From positions 12,276,001 to 12,340,000 of the forward strand of contig OZ024745.1 in assembly GCA_964016885.1 (NCBI GenBank): DNA of 64,000 nt. Direction: 5' to 3'. The notes below the pieces were generated by a model, which searched no databases, was not told the DNA's origin, and saw only the letters and a list, made by a program, of their open reading frames with translations. Below, piece by piece: positions 1 through 12,554 of this stretch. Source of the stretch: Eledone cirrhosa (taxonomy: Eukaryota). Made by a program: the position numbers and the translations under genes. Position 1 is the first letter of the stretch, and every line of letters starts with the position of its first letter.

Positions 1-3000
1 ACTATGTCATCTCTCTGGTAGACTGTAACTCACCAATATTGAAGTATGTCATCTCTCTAACAGACTGTAACTCACCAATATTGAAGTATGTCATCTCTCT
101 AGTGGACTGTAACTCACCAATATTGAAGTATGTCATCTCTCTAGTAGACTGTAACTCACCAATATTGAAGTATGTCATCTCTCTAGTAGACTGTAACTCT
201 CCCATATTGAAGTATGTAATCTCACTAGTGGACTGTAACTCACCAATATTGAAGTATGTCATCTCTCTAGTAGACTGTAACTCACCAATATTGAAGTATG
301 TCATCTCTCTAGCAGACTGTAACTCACCAATATTGAACTATGTCATCTCTCTAGTAGACTGTAACTCACCAATATTGAAGTATGTCATCTCTCTAGTAGA
401 CTGTAACTCACCAATATTGAAGTTTGTCATCTCTCTAGTGGACTATAAATCACCAATATTGAAGTATGGCATCTCTCTAGTAGACAGTAACTCACCAATA
501 TTGAAGTATGTCATCTCTCTAACAGACTGTACCTCACCAATATTGAAGTATGTCATCTCTCTAGTGGACGGTAACTCACCAATATTGAAGTATGTCATCT
601 CTCTAACAGTCTGTAACTCACCAATACTGAAGTATGTCATCTCTCTAATAGACTGTAACTCACCAATATTGAAGTATGTCATCTCTCTAGTAGACTGTAA
701 CTCACCAATATTGAAGTATGTCATCTCTCTAGTAGACTGTAACTCACCAATATTGAAGTATGTCATCTCTCTAGAGGACTTTAACTCACCAATATTGAAG
801 TATGTCATCTCTCTAACAGACTGTAACTCACCAATACTGAAGTATGTCATCTCTCTAGTAGACTGTAATTCACCAATATTGAAGTATGTCATCTCTCTGG
901 TATACTGTAACTCACCAATATTGAAGTATGTCATCTCTCTAGTAGACTGTAACTCACCAATATTGAAGTATGTCATCTCTCTAGTGGACTGCAACTCACC
1001 AATATTGAAGTATGTTATCCCTCTAGTGGACTGTAACTCACCAATATTGAAGTATGTCATCTCTCTAGTAGACTGTAACTCACCAATATTGAAGTATGTC
1101 ATCTCTCTAGTAGACTGTAACTCACCAATATTGAAGTATGTCATCTCTCTAACAGACTGTAACTCACCAATACTGAAGTACGTCATCTCTCTAGTAGACT
1201 GTAATTCACCAATATTGAAGTATGTCATCTCTCTAGTAGACTGTAACTCACCAATATTGAAGTATGTCATCTCTCTAATGGACTGTAACTCACCAATATT
1301 GAAGTATGTCATCCCTCTAGTGGACTGTAACTCACCAATATTGAAGTATGTCATCTCTCTAGTAGATTGTACCTCACCAATACTGAAGTATGTCATCTCT
1401 CTAGTAGACTGTAACTCACCAATATTGAAGTATGTCATCTCTCTAGAAGACTGTAACTCACCAATATTGAAGTATGTCATCTCTCTAGTAGACTGTAACT
1501 CACCAATATTGAAGTATGTCATCTCTCTAGTGGACTGTAACTCACCAATATTGAAGTATGTCATCCCTCTAGTGGACTGTAACTCACAAATATTGAAGTA
1601 TGTCATCTCTCTAGTAGACTGTACCTCACCAATATTGAAGTATGTCATCTCTCTAGTAGACTGTAACTCACCAATATTGAAGTATGTCATCTCTCTAGTA
1701 GACTGTAACTCACCAATATTGAAGTATGTCATCTCTCTAGTAGACTGTAACTCACCAATATTGAAGTATGTCATCTCTCTAGTAGACTGTAACTCACCAA
1801 TATTGAAGTATGTCATCTCACTAGTGGACTGTAACTCACCAATATTGAAGTATGTCATGTCTCTAGTAGACTGTAACTCACCAATATTGAAGTATATCAT
1901 CTCTCTAGTGGAATGTAACTCACCAATATTGAAGTATGTCATCTCACTAGTGGACTGTAACTCACCAATATTGAAGTATGTCATCTCACTAGTGGACTGT
2001 AACTCACCAATATTGAAGTATGTCATCTCTCTAGTAGACTGTAACTCACCAATATTGAAGTATGTCATCTCTCTAGCAGACTGTAACTAACCAATATTGA
2101 ACTATGTCATCTCTCTGGTAGACTGTAACTCACCAATACTGAAGTACGTCATCTCTCTAGTAGACTGTAATTCACCAATATTGAAGTATGTCATCTCTCT
2201 AGTAGACTGTAACTCACCAATATTGAAGTATGTCATCTCTCTAGTGGACTGTAACTCACCAATATTGAAGTATGTCATCCCTCTAGTGGACTGTAACTCA
2301 CCAATATTGAAGTATGTCATCTCTCTAGTAGATTGTACCTCACCAATACTGAAGTATGTCATCTCTCTAGTAGACTGTAACTCACCAATATTGAAGTATG
2401 TCATCTCTCTAGTAGACTGTAACTCACCAATATTGAAGTATGTCATCTCTCTAGTAGACTGTAACTCACCAATATTGAAGTTTGTCATCTCTCTAGCAGA
2501 CTGTAACTCACCAATATTGAACTATGTCATCTCTCTAGTAGACTGTAACTCACCAATATTGAAGTATGTCATCTCTCTAGTAGACTGTAACTCACCAATA
2601 TTGAAGTTTGTCATCTCTCTAGTGGACTATAAATCACCAATATTGAAGTATGGCATCTCTCTAGTAGACTGTAACTCACCAATATTGAAGTATGTCATCT
2701 CTCTAACAGACTGTAACTCACCAATATTGAAGTATGTCATCTCTCTAGTGGACGGTAACTCACCAATATTGAAGTATGTCATCTCTCTAACAGTCTGTAA
2801 CTCACCAATACTGAAGTATGTCATCTCTCTAATAGACTTTAACTCACCAATATTGAAGTATGTCATCTCTCTAACAGACTGTAACTCACCAATACTGAAG
2901 TATGTCATCTCTCCAGTAGACTGTAATTCACCAATATTGAAGTATGTCATCTCTCTAGTATACTGTAACTCACCAATATTGAAGTATGTCATCTCTCTAG

Positions 3001-6000
3001 TACACTGTAACTCACCAATATTGAAGTATGTCATCTCTCTAGTGGACTGCAACTCACCAATATTGAAGTATGTCATCCCTCTAGTGGACTGTAACTCACC
3101 AATATTGAAGTATGTCATCTCTCTAGTAGACTGTAACTCACCAATATTGAAGTATGTCATCTCTCTAGTAGACTGTAACTCACCAATATTGAAGTATGCC
3201 ATCTCTCTAACAGACTGTAACTCACCAATACTGAAGTACGTCATCTCTCTAGTAGACTGTAATTCACCAATATTGAAGTATGTCATCTCTCTAGTAGACT
3301 GTACCTCACCAATATTGAAGTATGTCATCTCTCTAGTAGACTGTAACTCACCAATATTGAAGTATGTCATCTCTCTAATAGACTGTAACTCACCAATATT
3401 GAAGTATGTCATCTCTCTGGTAGACTGTAACTCTCCAATATTGAAGTATGTCATCTCTCTAGTGGACTGTAACTCACCAATACCGAAGTATGTCATCTCT
3501 CTAACAGACTGTAACTCACCAATATTGAAGTATGTCATCTCTCTAGTGGACTGTAACTCACCAATATTGAAGTATGTCATCTCTCTAGTAGATTGTACCT
3601 CACCAATACTGAAGTATGTCATCTCTCTAGTAGACTGTAACTCACCAATATTGAAGTATGTCATCTCTCTAGTAGACTGTAACTCACCAATATTGAAGTA
3701 TGTCATCTCTCTAGTAGACTGTAACTCACCAATATTGAAGTATGTCATCTCTCTAGTAGACTGTACCTCACCAATATTGAAGTATGTCATCTCTCTAGTA
3801 GACTGTAACTCACCAATATTGAAGTATGTCATCTCTCTAATAGACTGTAACTCACCAATATTGAAGTATGTCATCACTCTGGTAGACTGTAACTCTCCAA
3901 TATTGAAGTATGTCATCTCTCTAGTGGACTGTAACTCACCAATACCGAAGTATGTCATCTCTCTAACAGACTGTAACTCACCAATATTGAAGTATGTCAT
4001 CTCTCTAGTGGACTGTAACTCACCAATATTGAAGTATGTCATCTCTCTAACAGTCTGTAACTCACCAATACTGAAGTATGTCATCTCTCTAGTAGACTGT
4101 AACTCACCAATATTGAAGTATGTCATCTCTCTAGTAGACTGTAACTCACCAATATTGAAGTATGTCATCTCTCTAGTAGACTGTAACTCACCAATATTGA
4201 AGTATGTCATCTCTCTAGTGGACTGTAACTCACCAATATTGAAGTATGTCTTCTCTCTAACAGACTGTAACTCACCAATACTGAAGTATGTCATCTCTCT
4301 AGTAGACTGTACCTCACCAATATTGAAGTATGTCATCTCTCTAGTAGACTGTAACTCACCAATATTGAAGTATGTCATCTCTCTAGTAGACTGTAACTCA
4401 CCAATATTGAAGTATGTCATCTCACTAGTGGACTGTAACTCACCAATATTGAAGTATGTCATCCCTCTAGTGGACTGTAACTCACCAATATTGAAGTATG
4501 GCATCTCTCTAGTAGACTGTAACTCACCAATATTGAAGCATGTCATCTCTCTAACAGACTGTAACTCACCAATATTGAAGTATGTCATCTCTCTAGTAGA
4601 CTGTAATTCACCAATATTGAAGTATGTCATCTCTCTAGTAGACTGTAACTCACCAATATTGAAGTATGTCACCTCTCTAGTGGACTGTAACTCACCAATA
4701 TTGAAGTATGTCATCTCTCTAGTGGACTGTAACTCACCAATATTGAAGTATGTCATCTCTCTAACAGACTGTAACTCACCAATATTGAAGTATGTCATCT
4801 CGCTAGTAGACTGTAACTCACCAATATTGAAGTATGTCATCTCTCTAGTAGACTGTAACTCACCAATATTGAAGGATGTCATCTTTCTAGTAGACTGTAA
4901 CTCACCAATATTGAAGTATGTCATCTCACTAGTGGACTGTAACTCACCAATGTTGAAGTATGTCATCTCTCTAGTGGACTGTAACTCACCAATATTGAAG
5001 TATGTCATCTCTCTAACAGACTGTAACTCACCAATACTGAAGTATGTCATCTCTCTAGTAGACTGTAACTCACCAATATTGAAGTATGTCATCTCTCTAG
5101 TAGACTGTAACTCACCAATATTGAAGTATGTCATCTCACTAGTGGATTGTAACTCACCAATATTGAAGTATGTCATCTCTCTAGTAGACTGTAACTCACC
5201 AATGATGAAGTATGTCATCTCTCTAGTGGACTGTAACTCACCAATATTGAAGTATGTCATCTCTCTATAAAACTGTAACTCACCAATATTGAAGTATGTC
5301 ATCTCTCTAGTAGACTGTAACTCACCAATATTGAAGTATGTCATCTCTCTAGTGGAGTGTAACTCACCAATATTGAAGTATGTCATCTCTCTAGTGGACT
5401 GTAACTCACCAATATTGAAGTATGTCATCTCTCTAACAGACTGTAACTCACCAATATTGAAGTATGTCATCTCTCTAGTAGACTGTAACTCACCAATATT
5501 GAAGTATGTCATCTCTCTAACAGACTGTAACTCACCAATACTGAAGTATGTCATCTCTCTAGTAGACTGTAACTCACCAATATTGAAGTATGTCATCTCT
5601 CTAGTAGACTGTAACTCACCAATATTGAAGTATGTCATCTCTCTAGTAGACTGTAACTCACCAATATTGAAGTATGTCATCTCTCTAGTAGACTGTAACT
5701 CACCAATATTGAAGTGTGTCATCTCTCTAGTAGACTGTAACTCACCAATATTGAAGTATGTCATCTCTCTAGTGGAATGTAACTCTCCAATATTGAAGTA
5801 TGTCATCTCTCTAGTAGACTGTAACTCACCAATATTGAAGTATGTCATCTCTCTAGTAGACTGTAACTCACCAATATTGAAGTATGTCATCTCTCTAACA
5901 GACTGTAACTCACCAATTTTGAAGTATGTCATCACTCTAGTAGACTGTAACTCACCAATATTGAAGTATGTCATCTCTCTAGTAGACTGTAACTCACCAA

Positions 6001-9000
6001 TATTGAAGTATGTCATCTCACTAGTGGACTGTAACTCACCAATATTGAAGTATGTCATGTCTCTAGTAGACTGTAACTCACCAATATTGAAGTATATCAT
6101 CTCTCTAGTGGAATGTAACTCACCAATATTGAAGTATGTCATCTCACTAGTGGACTGTAACTCACCAATATTGAAGTATGTCATCTCACTAGTGGACTGT
6201 AACTCACCAATATTGAAGTATGTCATCTCTCTAGTAGACTGTAACTCACCAATATTGAAGTATGTCATCTCTCTAGCAGACTGTAACTAACCAATATTGA
6301 ACTATGTCATCTCTCTGGTAGACTGTAACTCACCAATATTGAAGTATGTCATCTCTCTAACAGACTGTAACTCACCAATATTGAAGTATGTCATCTCTCT
6401 AGTGGACTGTAACTCACCAATATTGAAGTATGTCATCTCTCTAGTAGACTGTAACTCACCAATATTGAAGTATGTCATCTCTCTAGTAGACTGTAACTCT
6501 CCCATATTGAAGTATGTAATCTCACTAGTGGACTGTAACTCACCAATATTGAAGTATGTCATCTCTCTAGTAGACTGTAACTCACCAATATTGAAGTATG
6601 TCATCTCTCTAGCAGACTGTAACTCACCAATATTGAACTATGTCATCTCTCTAGTAGACTGTAACTCACCAATATTGAAGTATGTCATCTCTCTAGTAGA
6701 CTGTAACTCACCAATATTGAAGTTTGTCATCTCTCTAGTGGACTATAAATCACCAATATTGAAGTATGGCATCTCTCTAGTAGACAGTAACTCACCAATA
6801 TTGAAGTATGTCATCTCTCTAACAGACTGTACCTCACCAATATTGAAGTATGTCATCTCTCTAGTGGACGGTAACTCACCAATATTGAAGTATGTCATCT
6901 CTCTAACAGTCTGTAACTCACCAATACTGAAGTATGTCATCTCTCTAATAGACTGTAACTCACCAATATTGAAGTATGTCATCTCTCTAGTAGACTGTAA
7001 CTCACCAATATTGAAGTATGTCATCTCTCTAGTAGACTGTAACTCACCAATATTGAAGTATGTCATCTCTCTAGAGGACTTTAACTCACCAATATTGAAG
7101 TATGTCATCTCTCTAACAGACTGTAACTCACCAATACTGAAGTATGTCATCTCTCTAGTAGACTGTAATTCACCAATATTGAAGTATGTCATCTCTCTAG
7201 TATACTGTAACTCACCAATATTGAAGTATGTCATCTCTCTAGTAGACTGTAACTCACCAATATTGAAGTATGTCATCTCTCTAGTGGACTGCAACTCACC
7301 AATATTGAAGTATGTTATCCCTCTAGTGGACTGTAACTCACCAATATTGAAGTATGTCATCTCTCTAGTAGACTGTAACTCACCAATATTGAAGTATGTC
7401 ATCTCTCTAGTAGACTGTAACTCACCAATATTGAAGTATGTCATCTCTCTAACAGACTGTAACTCACCAATACTGAAGTACGTCATCTCTCTAGTAGACT
7501 GTAATTCACCAATATTGAAGTATGTCATCTCTCTAGTAGACTGTAACTCACCAATATTGAAGTATGTCATCTCTCTAATGGACTGTAACTCACCAATATT
7601 GAAGTATGTCATCCCTCTAGTGGACTGTAACTCACCAATATTGAAGTATGTCATCTCTCTAGTAGATTGTACCTCACCAATACTGAAGTATGTCATCTCT
7701 CTAGTAGACTGTAACTCACCAATATTGAAGTATGTCATCTCTCTAGAAGACTGTAACTCACCAATATTGAAGTATGTCATCTCTCTAGTAGACTGTAACT
7801 CACCAATATTGAAGTATGTCATCTCTCTAGTGGACTGTAACTCACCAATATTGAAGTATGTCATCCCTCTAGTGGACTGTAACTCACAAATATTGAAGTA
7901 TGTCATCTCTCTAGTAGACTGTACCTCACCAATATTGAAGTATGTCATCTCTCTAGTAGACTGTAACTCACCAATATTGAAGTATGTCATCTCTCTAGTA
8001 GACTGTAACTCACCAATATTGAAGTATGTCATCTCTCTAGTAGACTGTAACTCACCAATATTGAAGTATGTCATCTCTCTAGTAGACTGTAACTCACCAA
8101 TATTGAAGTATGTCATCTCACTAGTGGACTGTAACTCACCAATATTGAAGTATGTCATGTCTCTAGTAGACTGTAACTCACCAATATTGAAGTATATCAT
8201 CTCTCTAGTGGAATGTAACTCACCAATATTGAAGTATGTCATCTCACTAGTGGACTGTAACTCACCAATATTGAAGTATGTCATCTCACTAGTGGACTGT
8301 AACTCACCAATATTGAAGTATGTCATCTCTCTAGTAGACTGTAACTCACCAATATTGAAGTATGTCATCTCTCTAGCAGACTGTAACTAACCAATATTGA
8401 ACTATGTCATCTCTCTGGTAGACTGTAACTCACCAATACTGAAGTACGTCATCTCTCTAGTAGACTGTAATTCACCAATATTGAAGTATGTCATCTCTCT
8501 AGTAGACTGTAACTCACCAATATTGAAGTATGTCATCTCTCTAGTGGACTGTAACTCACCAATATTGAAGTATGTCATCCCTCTAGTGGACTGTAACTCA
8601 CCAATATTGAAGTATGTCATCTCTCTAGTAGATTGTACCTCACCAATACTGAAGTATGTCATCTCTCTAGTAGACTGTAACTCACCAATATTGAAGTATG
8701 TCATCTCTCTAGTAGACTGTAACTCACCAATATTGAAGTATGTCATCTCTCTAGTAGACTGTAACTCACCAATATTGAAGTTTGTCATCTCTCTAGCAGA
8801 CTGTAACTCACCAATATTGAACTATGTCATCTCTCTAGTAGACTGTAACTCACCAATATTGAAGTATGTCATCTCTCTAGTAGACTGTAACTCACCAATA
8901 TTGAAGTTTGTCATCTCTCTAGTGGACTATAAATCACCAATATTGAAGTATGGCATCTCTCTAGTAGACTGTAACTCACCAATATTGAAGTATGTCATCT

Positions 9001-9603
9001 CTCTAACAGACTGTAACTCACCAATATTGAAGTATGTCATCTCTCTAGTGGACGGTAACTCACCAATATTGAAGTATGTCATCTCTCTAACAGTCTGTAA
9101 CTCACCAATACTGAAGTATGTCATCTCTCTAATAGACTTTAACTCACCAATATTGAAGTATGTCATCTCTCTAACAGACTGTAACTCACCAATACTGAAG
9201 TATGTCATCTCTCCAGTAGACTGTAATTCACCAATATTGAAGTATGTCATCTCTCTAGTATACTGTAACTCACCAATATTGAAGTATGTCATCTCTCTAG
9301 TACACTGTAACTCACCAATATTGAAGTATGTCATCTCTCTAGTGGACTGCAACTCACCAATATTGAAGTATGTCATCCCTCTAGTGGACTGTAACTCACC
9401 AATATTGAAGTATGTCATCTCTCTAGTAGACTGTAACTCACCAATATTGAAGTATGTCATCTCTCTAGTAGACTGTAACTCACCAATATTGAAGTATGCC
9501 ATCTCTCTAACAGACTGTAACTCACCAATACTGAAGTACGTCATCTCTCTAGTAGACTGTAATTCACCAATATTGAAGTATGTCATCTCTCTAGTAGACT
9601 GTA
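1..9603. repeat. Higher-order duplication: 1-3303 recurs at 6301-9603 (offset 6300 bp = 150 monomers)
   Basis: Same rare variants in the same order (ctcccatatt, gactataaat, gacagt, aggacttt, ctaatgg, ctccagta, tacactg); ORF pairs 443/6743, 2097/8397 and 2627/8927 differ by exactly 6300. One difference noticed at 899 vs 7199; copies diverge at 3304 vs 9604. Confidence 0.93.
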
Positions 9604-12554
9604 ACTCACCAATATTGAAGTATGTCATCTCTCTAACAGACTGTAACTCACCAATACTGAAGTATGTCATCTCTCTAGTAGACTGTAACTCACCAATATT
9701 GAAGTATGTCATCTCTCTAGTAGACTGTAACTCACCAATATTGAAGTATGTCATCTCTCTAGTAGACTGTAACTCACCAATATTGAAGTATGTCATCTCT
9801 CTAGTAGACTGTAACTCACCAATATTGAAGTATGTCATCTCTCTAGTAGACTGTAACTCACCAATATTGAAGTATGTCATCTCTCTAGTGGAATGTAACT
9901 CTCCAATATTGAAGTATGTCATCTCTCTAGTAGACTGTAACTCACCAATATTGAAGTATGTCATCTCTCTAGTAGACTGTAACTCACCAATATTGAAGTA
10001 TGTCATCTCTCTAACAGACTGTAACTCACCAATATTGAAGTATGTCATCACTCTAGTAGACTGTAACTCACCAATATTGAAGTATGTCATCTCTCTAGTA
10101 GACTGTAACTCACCAATATTGAAGTATGTCATCTCACTAGTGGACTGTAACTCACCAATATTGAAGTATGTCATGTCTCTAGTAGACTGTAACTCACCAA
10201 TATTGAAGTATATCATCTCTCTAGTGGAATGTAACTCACCAATATTGAAGTATGTCATCTCACTAGTGGACTGTAACTCACCAATATTGAAGTATGTCAT
10301 CTCACTAGTGGACTGTAACTCACCAATATTGAAGTATGTCATCTCTCTAGTAGACTGTAACTCACCAATATTGAAGTATGTCATCTCTCTAGCAGACTGT
10401 AACTAACCAATATTGAACTATGTCATCTCTCTGGTAGACTGTAACTCACCAATATTGAAGTATGTCATCTCTCTAACAGACTGTAACTCACCAATATTGA
10501 AGTATGTCATCTCTCTAGTGGACTGTAACTCACCAATATTGAAGTATGTCATCTCTCTAGTAGACTGTAACTCACCAATATTGAAGTATGTCATCTCTCT
10601 AGTAGACTGTAACTCTCCCATATTGAAGTATGTAATCTCACTAGTGGACTGTAACTCACCAATATTGAAGTATGTCATCTCTCTAGTAGACTGTAACTCA
10701 CCAATATTGAAGTATGTCATCTCTCTAGCAGACTGTAACTCACCAATATTGAACTATGTCATCTCTCTAGTAGACTGTAACTCACCAATATTGAAGTATG
10801 TCATCTCTCTAGTAGACTGTAACTCACCAATATTGAAGTTTGTCATCTCTCTAGTGGACTATAAATCACCAATATTGAAGTATGGCATCTCTCTAGTAGA
10901 CAGTAACTCACCAATATTGAAGTATGTCATCTCTCTAACAGACTGTACCTCACCAATATTGAAGTATGTCATCTCTCTAGTGGACGGTAACTCACCAATA
11001 TTGAAGTATGTCATCTCTCTAACAGTCTGTAACTCACCAATACTGAAGTATGTCATCTCTCTAATAGACTGTAACTCACCAATATTGAAGTATGTCATCT
11101 CTCTAGTAGACTGTAACTCACCAATATTGAAGTATGTCATCTCTCTAGTAGACTGTAACTCACCAATATTGAAGTATGTCATCTCTCTAGAGGACTTTAA
11201 CTCACCAATATTGAAGTATGTCATCTCTCTAACAGACTGTAACTCACCAATACTGAAGTATGTCATCTCTCTAGTAGACTGTAATTCACCAATATTGAAG
11301 TATGTCATCTCTCTAGTATACTGTAACTCACCAATATTGAAGTATGTCATCTCTCTAGTAGACTGTAACTCACCAATATTGAAGTATGTCATCTCTCTAG
11401 TGGACTGCAACTCACCAATATTGAAGTATGTTATCCCTCTAGTGGACTGTAACTCACCAATATTGAAGTATGTCATCTCTCTAGTAGACTGTAACTCACC
11501 AATATTGAAGTATGTCATCTCTCTAGTAGACTGTAACTCACCAATATTGAAGTATGTCATCTCTCTAACAGACTGTAACTCACCAATACTGAAGTACGTC
11601 ATCTCTCTAGTAGACTGTAATTCACCAATATTGAAGTATGTCATCTCTCTAGTAGACTGTAACTCACCAATATTGAAGTATGTCATCTCTCTAGTGGACT
11701 GTAACTCACCAATATTGAAGTATGTCATCCCTCTAGTGGACTGTAACTCACCAATATTGAAGTATGTCATCTCTCTAGTAGATTGTACCTCACCAATACT
11801 GAAGTATGTCATCTCTCTAGTAGACTGTAACTCACCAATATTGAAGTATGTCATCTCTCTAGAAGACTGTAACTCACCAATATTGAAGTATGTCATCTCT
11901 CTAGTAGACTGTAACTCACCAATATTGAAGTATGTCATCTCTCTAGTGGACTGTAACTCACCAATATTGAAGTATGTCATCCCTCTAGTGGACTGTAACT
12001 CACAAATATTGAAGTATGTCATCTCTCTAGTAGACTGTACCTCACCAATATTGAAGTATGTCATCTCTCTAGTAGACTGTAACTCACCAATATTGAAGTA
12101 TGTCATCTCTCTAGTAGACTGTAACTCACCAATATTGAAGTATGTCATCTCTCTAGTAGACTGTAACTCACCAATATTGAAGTATGTCATCTCTCTAGTA
12201 GACTGTAACTCACCAATATTGAAGTATGTCATCTCACTAGTGGACTGTAACTCACCAATATTGAAGTATGTCATGTCTCTAGTAGACTGTAACTCACCAA
12301 TATTGAAGTATATCATCTCTCTAGTGGAATGTAACTCACCAATATTGAAGTATGTCATCTCACTAGTGGACTGTAACTCACCAATATTGAAGTATGTCAT
12401 CTCACTAGTGGACTGTAACTCACCAATATTGAAGTATGTCATCTCTCTAGTAGACTGTAACTCACCAATATTGAAGTATGTCATCTCTCTAGCAGACTGT
12501 AACTAACCAATATTGAACTATGTCATCTCTCTGGTAGACTGTAACTCACCAATA
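5461..12554. repeat. Higher-order duplication: 5461-8438 recurs at 9577-12554 (offset 4116 bp = 98 monomers)
   Basis: Shared marker tcatcactct (~5930 and ~10046); ORF pairs 6297/10413 and 6743/10859 differ by 4116; private differences noticed at 5716, 5918 and 7578. Confidence 0.9.

Noticed and set aside
60-61. GT-to-AC change at monomer positions 18-19 as a microinversion
   Set aside because: AC is the reverse complement of GT, but the flanks are not complementary and both single-transition intermediates (AT, GC) exist.
441-450. TATAAA boxes in gactataaat and ctataaaa variants as promoters
   Set aside because: Chance products of a few substitutions in an AT-rich monomer, with no other support.
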